A DNA stretch of 16,750 nucleotides from Candidatus Iainarchaeum sp. (GTDB taxonomy: Archaea; Iainarchaeota; Iainarchaeia; Iainarchaeales; 0-14-0-20-34-12), in assembly GCA_030649345.1 (NCBI GenBank), contig JAUSKK010000049.1, forward strand, positions 1-16,750, in the 5' to 3' direction. A model generated the notes under the pieces. The model saw only the letters and a program-made list of their open reading frames with translations, did no database searches and was not told where the DNA came from. Made by a program: the position numbers and the translations under genes. Positions 1-8,114 of this stretch are shown piece by piece (position 1 is the first letter of the stretch; each line of letters starts with the position of its first letter).

Positions 1-1542
1 TCAGTGACTAAAGAAAATGCGCATCCGCATGTAAGCATGAATGGTTCTGTTGTTTTGGTTCACAATGGAATTATTGAAAATTATTCTGAACTCAAAGAAA
101 TTTTATTGAAAGAAGGCTTTGTTTTTAATTCTCAAACAGATACTGAAGTGATTGCCAATTTAATTGAACATAATTTAAAAAAAGAACCTAATTTTTTGGA
201 AGCTGTTCGAAAGTCTTTATTGCAGTTGGAAGGAAGTTATGCTTTAGCTATTTTGTTGAAGACTATTCCTGGATTTATTTTAGCTAAAAAAGAAGCTCCC
301 TTGGTTTTAGGTTTAACCGATTCTTCAGAAGTTTTTGCTGCCTCTGATCCTGTGGCTTTGCTGGATTTTACCCGCAAGCTTATTTTTTTGAATGACTTTG
401 AAATGGCTTATGTTTCTGAACAAGGTGTGTCTATTTCCAATATTCGAACTGGTCAAATTATTTTGAAAAAACCAGAAACAGTTTCTTGGTCTTTAGAAGA
501 GACCCAAAAAGGAAATTTTGCTCATTTTATGATTAAAGAAATTTTTGACCAGCCGTTTGCTGTCAAAAATGCTTTGCGTCAAGATTCTGCTTTGTTGGAA
601 AAAGCAGTTCATTTAATTCAGAAAGCAAAAACTGTATTGTTTTTAGGTTCTGGAAGTTCATACCATGCTTGTCTGCAAGGCAAATATTGGTTTTCTGAAA
701 TTGCTGCTTTAAAAGTAGATAGTGTTTTAGCTTCAGAATTTGAAAATCAATCTCAATTTATTGATTCTTCTTCTGTAATTGTCACAGCTTCTCAAAGCGG
801 AGAAACTGCGGATGTATTGCAGGCTGTTAAGCAAGCTAAAGAAAAAGGAGCTAAAATTATTTCTTTATGCAATTCGCAAGGATCTACTTTGGTTCGATTG
901 GCGGATGTTAATTTTCCACTAAATTCTGGGCCTGAATTGTGTGTTTTAGCTACCAAAACTTTTATGTCTGAGTTAACTTTGTTTTTATTTTTGGCTTTTG
1001 GTTTAGCCAATCGCTGGAATGAAGGACGAAATTTATTGAATTTAGCTGGAGCTGAAATTTTGAAATTTTTGCGAAATGAAAATTTGGTTTTATTGGAAAA
1101 TTTAGCTAAACGTACTTTTGGTGAAAAAAATTATTTTGTGATTGGCCGGAATACGATGTATCCTTTGGCTTTGGAATCTGCATTGAAAATTAAAGAAGTT
1201 TCATATATTCATGCTGAAGGGTTTGCTGGAGCCGAATTAAAGCATGGAACCATTGCTTTGATTGAAAAAGACACGCCAGTGATTGCTTTAGCTCATCCAT
1301 CCAATCGAAAACAGTTAATTTCGAATGCTTTGGAAGTGAAAGCGCGGGGTGCGTTTGTTATTGGAATAGATACTCAAAAATCTGAGGCGTATGATTTTTG
1401 GTTTGAAGTTCCTGATTTAGGGCCTGCTTTGCCTTTGTTAAGTATTGTTCCAGTTCAAGTTTTAGCTTATTATTTGGCTGTAGAAAAAGGCTTGGATCCA
1501 GATAAGCCTAGAAATTTAGCAAAATCTGTGACTGTGATGTAG
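1..1542 (+). CDS. glmS: Glutamine--fructose-6-phosphate aminotransferase (isomerising), 5'-truncated by window edge
   Basis: The frame is open from nt 1 (track ORF 4..1542). NAHPH and VLVHNGIIENY belong to the glutaminase domain. Two SIS-domain blocks are present (GSGSSYHA, SQSGETADV). The C-terminal DKPRNLAKSVTV signature is typical of GlmS. Stop is TAG. Confidence 0.93.
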   Translation, partial: SVTKENAHPHVSMNGSVVLVHNGIIENYSELKEILLKEGFVFNSQTDTEVIANLIEHNLKKEPNFLEAVRKSLLQLEGSYALAILLKTIPGFILAKKEAPLVLGLTDSSEVFAASDPVALLDFTRKLIFLNDFEMAYVSEQGVSISNIRTGQIILKKPETVSWSLEETQKGNFAHFMIKEIFDQPFAVKNALRQDSALLEKAVHLIQKAKTVLFLGSGSSYHACLQGKYWFSEIAALKVDSVLASEFENQSQFIDSSSVIVTASQSGETADVLQAVKQAKEKGAKIISLCNSQGSTLVRLADVNFPLNSGPELCVLATKTFMSELTLFLFLAFGLANRWNEGRNLLNLAGAEILKFLRNENLVLLENLAKRTFGEKNYFVIGRNTMYPLALESALKIKEVSYIHAEGFAGAELKHGTIALIEKDTPVIALAHPSNRKQLISNALEVKARGAFVIGIDTQKSEAYDFWFEVPDLGPALPLLSIVPVQVLAYYLAVEKGLDPDKPRNLAKSVTVM

Positions 1543-1600
1543 TATGGCATGTTTAAAATTTTACGAAAATTTTAAAGTTTTAAAAAACGGAGTTTTTTAA

Positions 1601-2959
1601 ATGATTGAAAAATTATTTGGAACGGACGGAATTCGCGGAACTGCGAACATTTATCCATTGACTCCGGAATTAATTTTAAATATTGGAAAAGCTGTTGCGG
1701 TGTATGCGCGCAGTATTTCCAATTTACAAAAACCTAAAATTGTAATTGGAAAAGACACGCGTTTGTCTGGGTATATGTTTGAAACTGCTTTAACTTCAGG
1801 AATTGTTTCGCAAGGCTGTGATGTTTTATTGGTTGGTCCAATGCCGACTCCGGCTATTGCTCATTTGACTAAATCTTTGAATTGTTCTGCCGGGATTGTT
1901 TTAAGTGCTTCTCATAATCCTGCAAAAGATAATGGAATTAAAATTTTTGATTCACATGGCTGTAAAATTTCTGAAATTGAAGAACAAAAAATTGAATCCT
2001 TGGCTTTAAATCCTGTATTTGATTCTAAATTGTTTGTTGGAAAAAAATTAGGAAAAGCTTTCCGAATTGATGATGCTAAAGGGAGATATATTGAATTTGT
2101 GAAATCCAGTATTCAAAATGCTTCTTTATCTGGATTAAAAATTGTGGTAGATTGTGCGAATGGTGCAGCTTACAATATTGCAGGTTCTGTTTTTTCAGAG
2201 TTAGGTGCTGAAGTCAAAGTAATCAACAAGAAACCGAATGGAATGAATATCAACAAAAACTGTGGCGCTTTGTTCCCACAAGAATTGCAAGTAAAAGTTA
2301 AAGAAACAAAAGCGGATTTAGGAATTGCTTTAGATGGGGATGCTGACCGAATTGTAGTCTGTGATGATTATGGAAAAATTTTGGACGGAGATGATTTGGC
2401 GTTTATTTTTTCCAACTATTTAAACAAAATTCAAACCTTGGCTCAAAATACAGCGGTCGTTACTGAAATGAGTAATTTTGGTTTAGATTTATCTCTGAAA
2501 AAGCACGGAATTAAAGTTGTACGTGTTCCTGTAGGCGATAAATTTGTAATGCGAGCAATGCAAGAAAACAAGTATTCGTTTGGATGTGAACAATCAGGTC
2601 ACATTATTTTTTCAGATTATTCTACGACTGGGGATGGAATTATTTCAGGTTTGCAATTGGCCCATATTTTGGTTTCCGAAAAAAAGAAAGTATCTGAGTT
2701 ATTGAATGATTTTGAACGTATTCCTCAAGTTTTATTAAATGTAAAAGTTGCGCAAAGAATTCCTTTAACTCAATTAAAGAAAACCAGTCAATTGATTCAA
2801 GAATTTTCTGAAGCATTAAAAAATCAAGGCCGTGTATTGGTTCGTTATTCTGGCACTGAATATCTGGCAAGAATTTTAGTGGAAGGAAAAAATAAAAAAC
2901 AAATCCAAGAATTCGCAAACCAAATTGCGAAAACACTTAAATCGGAAGTGTCTGTATGA
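1601..2959 (+). CDS. glmM: Phosphoglucosamine mutase
   Basis: Motifs seen: LFGTDGIRG, the active-site Ser loop SASHNPAKDNGIKIF, the metal loop ALDGDADR, and GCEQSGH. A GGAG lies about 9 nt upstream of the ATG. The gene sits directly downstream of glmS. Confidence 0.93.
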   Translation: MIEKLFGTDGIRGTANIYPLTPELILNIGKAVAVYARSISNLQKPKIVIGKDTRLSGYMFETALTSGIVSQGCDVLLVGPMPTPAIAHLTKSLNCSAGIVLSASHNPAKDNGIKIFDSHGCKISEIEEQKIESLALNPVFDSKLFVGKKLGKAFRIDDAKGRYIEFVKSSIQNASLSGLKIVVDCANGAAYNIAGSVFSELGAEVKVINKKPNGMNINKNCGALFPQELQVKVKETKADLGIALDGDADRIVVCDDYGKILDGDDLAFIFSNYLNKIQTLAQNTAVVTEMSNFGLDLSLKKHGIKVVRVPVGDKFVMRAMQENKYSFGCEQSGHIIFSDYSTTGDGIISGLQLAHILVSEKKKVSELLNDFERIPQVLLNVKVAQRIPLTQLKKTSQLIQEFSEALKNQGRVLVRYSGTEYLARILVEGKNKKQIQEFANQIAKTLKSEVSV

Positions 2960-3558
2960 ATTCCATTGAAGGATTTTTAACTAAAATCAAAACAGAATTG
3001 GATAAAAATAAATCGTTTCCTTTTTGGAATCTTTTAACTGAATTGGAATCCTTAAAGTTTACAAATGAAATTAAAGGAAAAATTGAAGATTCTGTGCATA
3101 TTGAAGGCAAAGTGTATTTGGCAGAGGGTGCTGTGATTAAATCAGGTTCTAGAATTGAAGGCAATGTTTTTATTGGCCGAAATTCTGTGATTGGCCCGAA
3201 TGCGTTTTTGCGCAAAAATGTAGTGATTGCGAATGATTGTCATATTTCGAATTCAGAAATTAAGAATTCAATTATTTTAGCGCATTCCAATGTTCCGCAT
3301 TATTCATATGTGGGCGATTCCGTGATTGGAGAAAACGTAAATTTAGGGGCAGGTACTAAAATTGCAAATTTAAGATTTGATGACAAAACAATCTCAGTTA
3401 AACTAAATGGTGAAAAAATAAATTCTGAAAGAAGAAAATTGGGAGCCTGCATTGGCCATAATACTAAAATTGGAATCAATGCCAGTATTAATTGCGGAAT
3501 TTTTATTTCCAATAATTCAAAAATTTTACCGGCTGAATTAGTGAAAGAAAATATCTAA
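2956..3558 (+). CDS. Left-handed beta-helix (hexapeptide-repeat) acetyltransferase, GlmU C-terminal-domain-like; probable GlcN-1-P N-acetyltransferase
   Basis: The start overlaps the glmM stop by 4 nt (ATGA at 2956-2959). Residues ~55-200 are hexapeptide repeats, including HYSYVGDSVIGENVNLGAGTKIANL, which resembles the GlmU acetyltransferase core. There is no N-terminal nucleotidyltransferase domain. Confidence 0.75.
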   Translation: MNSIEGFLTKIKTELDKNKSFPFWNLLTELESLKFTNEIKGKIEDSVHIEGKVYLAEGAVIKSGSRIEGNVFIGRNSVIGPNAFLRKNVVIANDCHISNSEIKNSIILAHSNVPHYSYVGDSVIGENVNLGAGTKIANLRFDDKTISVKLNGEKINSERRKLGACIGHNTKIGINASINCGIFISNNSKILPAELVKENI

Positions 3559-3568
3559 TTTTTTAAAT

Positions 3569-4150
3569 TTAGTTCTTTCTCAAGCGTTTAATGTTTCCAA
3601 AGTCTGCGATAACTGCAATGCCTTTTCCAGTTTTTGGGTTCATTTGAATAATAAATGCATCCAAATGTGCGGAGTAGCCTTCCCGACGTAGTATGTCCAA
3701 TTGTCTGTTTTGATCTTCAATAGATTCATCTAGTTCAGTTCCTCTAGTCCGGCTATTCATTTCCAAGTCTGTTTCTAATCGAGTCATTACTAATGTTGGC
3801 TTTTGTCCTTTTCGTTTTAATAATCGAATTGTGGGAATAATCCGCAAGCCTAATTTTTTTGCACGATTTAATTGTATAAGTCGATTCATGGTATTAAATT
3901 GAGACAGAGGTCTTTGCCAATTTGATTTATGTGCAAGTATTGACCTTGGACGAGATGGATCTAAATCAAATTCTTTTTCCGCCAATCGAACTGTCCTTTG
4001 GCGACCGTTTCGTTCTAGTGTTACAAAAGATTCGTAAATAGTGCCTTCGTTTCCACTACCGATCCATTTCCCGCGTTTTATTTCTCTTACTCTAGTGCCC
4101 TGAGGTCGAATTCTTTTTCGGTGTTTAATTCCGCCTCTTAAAATTACCAT
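3569..4150 (-). CDS. Mini protein-kinase-like protein (Bud32/RIO-like layout), 193 aa
   Basis: I trimmed track ORF 3569..4288 to the ATG at 4148-4150, which lies 5 nt after the upstream gene's stop (4156-4158). Motifs in kinase order: IGSGNEGTIY (Gly-rich loop), RLAEKEF (beta3-Lys-like), TLVMTRLE (hinge-like), SAHLDAFIIQMN (catalytic-loop-like) and VIADFGN (DFG). The protein ends 8 residues after DFG. Confidence 0.6.
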   Translation of the reverse strand: MVILRGGIKHRKRIRPQGTRVREIKRGKWIGSGNEGTIYESFVTLERNGRQRTVRLAEKEFDLDPSRPRSILAHKSNWQRPLSQFNTMNRLIQLNRAKKLGLRIIPTIRLLKRKGQKPTLVMTRLETDLEMNSRTRGTELDESIEDQNRQLDILRREGYSAHLDAFIIQMNPKTGKGIAVIADFGNIKRLRKN

Positions 4151-4155
4151 AAATA

Positions 4156-7119
4156 TTACAGATTTAGTTCTTTTCCTGTAACTGCATCTAAATAAACAGT
4201 TCGTGTTTTTCCGTTGATTTTTTTGAATTGTCCTTCCCAGATTGGCCAGTAAATGGTTGAAACATTTTGCACAATTAAAGCCGGCCATATTTTTTGCAAT
4301 ATTTGAATGGCCTGTTCTTTAGAATATTTTCCTTTAATTTCTCCGCTTAATTCTTGTTCTCGTACATGCAACTGGTTTAAAGTGCCGTGCATTTCATGGA
4401 ATGGAGACGAAGGCAAGTCTATTTTTTCTTTCAAAACATACGTAGTTTCTTTGGTTCCTTTTCTTTCTTCCACCATTTTGGCTTTAATTAATTTTTGTAA
4501 ATTTTCTTTTAATGCACTTTCACTCATTTCACTTCTTTGCAGTACTGCTTTGAATATTTTTTCATTTCTTCCCACAGAATTTAATGCTTTTAATTCTTCT
4601 TTGCTTAAATTGTACAATTTTTTGAGTCCTTGGCTTTCTTCAAATTTGTTTTTCACAAAATGTAAAAATTCTCCAGTGAATGCATTTACAAATACTTTTC
4701 CTTTTCTGTAGTCTTGTTTGCTTTTATAAAAATTAAATTCTAAACTTAAAACTGGAATTCCTTTGAGTTGAATTTCTTCGAGTCTTTCTTCGTTTCCAAT
4801 TAATCCCAATATTTTTTTCCCTCGCAGTTTATCCAGCATTTTTTGAGCCAATCCTTGACTAATTTGCGGTGCTAAAGCTAACTTATTTTGAGTTTCTTCT
4901 TTTTCGTGAACCATTTCTTGTATTTCTTCCGGTAATTTTTGAATTTTTACTTTGGGTTCTTTTTGTAATTCTTTTAATTGTTCAGCTGTTTTTTCTAAGT
5001 CTTCGGAAATTTTTTTCTTAGGCCTTTCTTCTGGAATTTCCAGTTCCTTGATTGCTTCTTCTTTTTCAACAGGTAAAATTAATCCTTCTTTTTCTTCTAT
5101 GCATCCTTTTTCAATCAATAATTCAATTAAGGGTCTTTGTTTGGCATTGCTGGAATATTTGTCATTGAGTTGTGCTAAAATTTTATCCAATTCTTCGTAA
5201 CTTACTTTTCCGTTTCTTCGCAAAGGCCGCATGGCCATTTCCAATGCAATTTCTAAAACTTGTTCTGCTTTTAATTTTCTTTTCAAATCAATGGTTTCAG
5301 CTTCTCTTCCTTCGTGTTGGCTCATTCTAGGCCTTATTTGTACTTTGAATGCTCTTGAACTTTCTTCATTTCTGTCTCCGGTAATTGCAAACCCTAAAGG
5401 CAGAGTTTTAATGAAATTGGCATGTTTGTATTTCAATGGAACAATGGTGGGTGTTCTTTTGATGACTGCTTTAATGTCATCATTAAACACAAGCTTGTGT
5501 ACAAAAATAATATCCAATTGACTAAGCACTCGAGTGTCAATGGCGCTGGGTTGCTGGGTGGCAAACACTAAACTACAGCCTGGTCTTCGTCCTTGTTTTA
5601 CATATTCAATAACTGAGTCTGTGGCTGGAGTTTTAATATTTCCGCTGGGAATTAATGTGTGGGCTTCATCAATCATTAACCATGTGGGTGGAATATCGAT
5701 TTCCAATAATTCTTTGACATTGGTGGTTTGTTCAAACTTTTTTGCTGCTTCTTTGCGTGTAGTTAATTTTCGTGCAGCTAAAATTCTTCGAGCCAATAAT
5801 CCAATGATCAATGCAGTTACATTTTCATCCAAAAAAGAAGTGTCAATAACTGTCAGTTGTCCTTCGCGGCATATTTCTGCTAAAGGAGTTCCTTCTTTGT
5901 CAAAAATTCCCCAGGATTTTGCGGCCTCAAATCGGCTGACTAAAGCTCGTACTGAATCTGGTTTGAATCCTTTTTCTCTGGAATTTAATTCAGAATCTTT
6001 TTCCATGCATAATGTAATGTCATCAATGTCATAGGCTTTTCCAAATCCTTTAATGACCTGCCCATCTATGCTGGTATATCCTTTTTTAACTTTAGCCAAA
6101 GCAGTTTCCATCATTAAACCGCTGGGGCTAAACCGGTCAATTCCAAAAGTCAAACACCAGTCTTGTGAAGTTAGCATGCTGGGTTGAACTGAAAATGTAT
6201 TGTCAAATGTGTCTCTGGGTGTTTCGTTTTCTACTCCTTTGGGGACAAATACGTATAAGTTTTCCAATCCTTGGGGTTTCAAATTCCATTTTTTTAATAA
6301 TTCCAATTCTCGTTCTTCGCGATTTGGATACCGCATACTCCAAAATACTCCAATTGGGTCAATTACAACTCCGGCAACATTGGAATTTTTAAGCGCCAGT
6401 TCTTCTGCTATGATTCCCATTAAATATGACTTCCCGCCGCCTCTTGCACCGCATACAAATACTACGTGCGGGTTCATGGAGTCTAATAAAATATTATTTT
6501 CAGAATTGGTTTCGGAAACTTTTCCAACAAACAATCCTGCCGTGTCTCCGTATTTTCCTTGAATGGATTTTTTCCTTCCAATAAATGATGTGTTGGCTTT
6601 CGTTCCAGGTAATAGTTTTAAATCAGGGCGCAATGAATCTCCATCATTTTCTAAAGACTTTAATGCTTGAATGGCTTTGTCTTCTAAATTTTCTTTAACA
6701 TTTCCCAAGTCTTCATGGTCATCGCTGATAAAATCTGTGCCGTCATCCGTTTCTTCTTTTATCATTTCTTTCTTTTTTTCTTTTTCTGTTTTTTCTTTTG
6801 TAATTGCAGTTTTCTTTTTATTTTCTGGTTTTTCTTTAACTGTTTTCACTTCTTCTTTTTTGTTTTCAGTTTCAAGAACTATTTTTTCTGTTATAGGTTC
6901 CTTTTTTTTGGTTTTTTTTGCTTCTTCTTTTTCTTTTTGTTCTCTGACTTTTTGATTCATTTTTTGTTTGGCTTGTTCTTTTTCTGGATCGTCTCCAAAT
7001 ACTTCATCAAACAAGTCATCTTCGGTATCTTCATCCACGTGTTTTTCAACAATGTCTTCTGAGTCTTCAGATTCAGTTTCTTTAATTCGATCTAAGTCTG
7101 GCAAATGTACACCTTTCAA
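4156..7119 (-). CDS. HerA/FtsK-superfamily (DUF87-like) P-loop ATPase with disordered N-terminus and long C-terminal coiled-coil/winged-helix extension
   Basis: A 987-codon ORF. Walker A is VFVCGARGGGKSY (nt 6427-6450) and Walker B is WLMIDEAH (nt ~5665-5679). GRRPGCSLVFATQQPSAIDTRVLSQLDIIFVHKL matches the HerA-type sensor/arginine-finger block. The start is uncertain: the track start at 7117-7119 is TTG, and the first in-frame ATG is codon 54. Confidence 0.85.
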   Translation of the reverse strand: MKGVHLPDLDRIKETESEDSEDIVEKHVDEDTEDDLFDEVFGDDPEKEQAKQKMNQKVREQKEKEEAKKTKKKEPITEKIVLETENKKEEVKTVKEKPENKKKTAITKEKTEKEKKKEMIKEETDDGTDFISDDHEDLGNVKENLEDKAIQALKSLENDGDSLRPDLKLLPGTKANTSFIGRKKSIQGKYGDTAGLFVGKVSETNSENNILLDSMNPHVVFVCGARGGGKSYLMGIIAEELALKNSNVAGVVIDPIGVFWSMRYPNREERELELLKKWNLKPQGLENLYVFVPKGVENETPRDTFDNTFSVQPSMLTSQDWCLTFGIDRFSPSGLMMETALAKVKKGYTSIDGQVIKGFGKAYDIDDITLCMEKDSELNSREKGFKPDSVRALVSRFEAAKSWGIFDKEGTPLAEICREGQLTVIDTSFLDENVTALIIGLLARRILAARKLTTRKEAAKKFEQTTNVKELLEIDIPPTWLMIDEAHTLIPSGNIKTPATDSVIEYVKQGRRPGCSLVFATQQPSAIDTRVLSQLDIIFVHKLVFNDDIKAVIKRTPTIVPLKYKHANFIKTLPLGFAITGDRNEESSRAFKVQIRPRMSQHEGREAETIDLKRKLKAEQVLEIALEMAMRPLRRNGKVSYEELDKILAQLNDKYSSNAKQRPLIELLIEKGCIEEKEGLILPVEKEEAIKELEIPEERPKKKISEDLEKTAEQLKELQKEPKVKIQKLPEEIQEMVHEKEETQNKLALAPQISQGLAQKMLDKLRGKKILGLIGNEERLEEIQLKGIPVLSLEFNFYKSKQDYRKGKVFVNAFTGEFLHFVKNKFEESQGLKKLYNLSKEELKALNSVGRNEKIFKAVLQRSEMSESALKENLQKLIKAKMVEERKGTKETTYVLKEKIDLPSSPFHEMHGTLNQLHVREQELSGEIKGKYSKEQAIQILQKIWPALIVQNVSTIYWPIWEGQFKKINGKTRTVYLDAVTGKELNL
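6745..6984 (-). repeat. Low-complexity Lys/Glu-rich coding tract (polypyrimidine on + strand)
   Basis: It encodes EKEQAKQKMNQKVREQKEKEEAKKTKKKE...KEKTEKEKKKEMIKEE inside the ATPase gene. The tract generates spurious Phe/Ser-rich ORFs on the opposite strand. Confidence 0.8.
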
Positions 7120-7192
7120 GTATATGGGGAACTGCTAATAAATAATTTTCTCTAATTTTTGTTTTTTGCTCAAATTAACTGGGTAAGCTAAG

Positions 7193-7200
7193 TTTAAATA
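7193..7200 (+). promoter_or_regulatory. Candidate archaeal TATA box (TTTAAATA) for the 7228 gene
   Basis: TTTAAATA is centred ~32 nt upstream of the ATG at 7228. It lies in the divergent 108-nt spacer. That geometry fits a near-leaderless archaeal promoter. Confidence 0.35.
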
Positions 7201-7227
7201 CTACTATTTACTAAATATATTGAATAT

Positions 7228-7482
7228 ATGGAGACTAAAAACTTGGATGCTTTGTCCAATTCTTTAAATGAGAAACTGAACGGTGAATCTACATCTAAAC
7301 CCAAAGGGTATACTTTGGACAATGTTTCCGATGTGTTAGCCATTGTTCGCGATATTTTATTGATTGTATTGTTTTTGGTAACTATTTTGTTGTTGATTGG
7401 ATTAACTTCCTTTATTGCATCCATTCCAGGATTGCTTGAAAATATGCTTAAATCTCTTCCTTTAATTGGAGCTAACTTTTAG
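7228..7482 (+). CDS. Small single-pass membrane protein (84 aa), hypothetical
   Basis: ATG-started ORF with one strongly hydrophobic helix (IVRDILLIVLFLVTILLLIGLTSFIASI). The next gene follows after 10 nt. Confidence 0.6.
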   Translation: METKNLDALSNSLNEKLNGESTSKPKGYTLDNVSDVLAIVRDILLIVLFLVTILLLIGLTSFIASIPGLLENMLKSLPLIGANF

Positions 7483-7492
7483 GTGACTGTGC

Positions 7493-7993
7493 ATGGCTGA
7501 TTTATCTAAAATTCGAAAAATTACAGGAATTATTCGAGATTCTTTGTTTATTGTATCCATTATTTTTTTGGTTTTAATGATTTTAACAACCATTACTGCA
7601 GTGAATCAATTGGGTCCAATTGTTCAAAAAGCAACAGGCGTGGCTTCAGGTTTAGCAGGTGCTGTTCCTGGCGTGTCTGGCGGAACTGTGAGTGGTGCGG
7701 GTGGTACTGGTGGTTCATCGGTTGAAGCTAAAGTTGCAGTTATTCAAGAAAAACTTACTCAAGTAAATCCTGAAGTTAAAACTATTTTAGAAAATGCATT
7801 TGTAGCCTATCAAGCCGGTAACTTGGATACTGCTTTAACTGAACTGGATAAAATTAAACCCATTGCTGTAGCTCAAGGAAAACCAGATTCTGTTCAAACT
7901 GTAGATCAATTAAAAACTGCTTTACAAAACAACGATTTAATTTCTGTAGATACTTTAACCAATCGCTTATTGGATGATTTAGCCTTAGAATAA
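7493..7993 (+). CDS. Single-pass membrane protein with Gly-rich linker and helical C-terminal domain (166 aa), hypothetical
   Basis: An N-terminal TM segment (IIRDSLFIVSIIFLVLMILTTITAV) resembles the TM of the preceding gene. It is followed by a Gly/Ser/Ala-rich linker (GLAGAVPGVSGGTVSGAGGTGGSS) and then a helical domain. Confidence 0.7.
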   Translation: MADLSKIRKITGIIRDSLFIVSIIFLVLMILTTITAVNQLGPIVQKATGVASGLAGAVPGVSGGTVSGAGGTGGSSVEAKVAVIQEKLTQVNPEVKTILENAFVAYQAGNLDTALTELDKIKPIAVAQGKPDSVQTVDQLKTALQNNDLISVDTLTNRLLDDLALE

Positions 7994-8042
7994 CTTTTCT
8001 AAAAAACTCTGTTTCTTTAACATTTCTTTTCATTTTATATAA

Positions 8043-8114
8043 GGGCTCGTGGTCTATCGGCATGACATTTCGTTCGCAACGAAAAGGCAGCGGGTTCAAT
8101 TCCCGCCGAGTCCA
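8043..8114 (+). tRNA. tRNA-Ala (anticodon CGC)
   Basis: Hand-folded cloverleaf. The acceptor stem is GGGCTCG/CGAGTCC with the G3:U70 wobble, which is the alanine identity element. The anticodon stem is TTTCG/CGAAA with loop TTCGCAA. The T arm is GCGGG-TTCAATT-CCCGC and the discriminator is A. No CCA is encoded and there is no intron. Confidence 0.9.

Noticed and set aside
1552-1576. AT-only palindrome TTTAAAATTTT-acg-AAAATTTTAAA between glmS and glmM
   Set aside because: It is composed entirely of A/T in an A/T-rich spacer, so it could easily arise by chance or simply reflect TATA-like promoter sequence. I note it only as part of the hairpin theme.
792-3512. Minus-strand ORFs inside glmS, glmM and the acetyltransferase (792..1010, 2640..2936, 2937..3215, 3300..3512)
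   Set aside because: They are antisense to genes with strong family motifs and have no features of their own.
4151-4288. N-terminal 46-codon extension of the kinase-like ORF (track start 4288)
   Set aside because: It overlaps, in another frame, the ATPase C-terminus, which carries the second copy of a repeated motif. The extension is Cys/Asn/Arg-rich and looks like junk. The ATG at 4150 sits 5 nt after the upstream stop.
4307-7062. Multiple + strand ORFs (4307..4711, 4952..5200, 5231..5521, 5534..6034, 6165..6562, 6671..7062)
   Set aside because: All lie antisense within the 987-codon ATPase gene. Their products are Ser/Phe/Leu/Cys-rich with low complexity, as expected of shadow frames of a K/E-rich gene. 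None has recognisable motifs.
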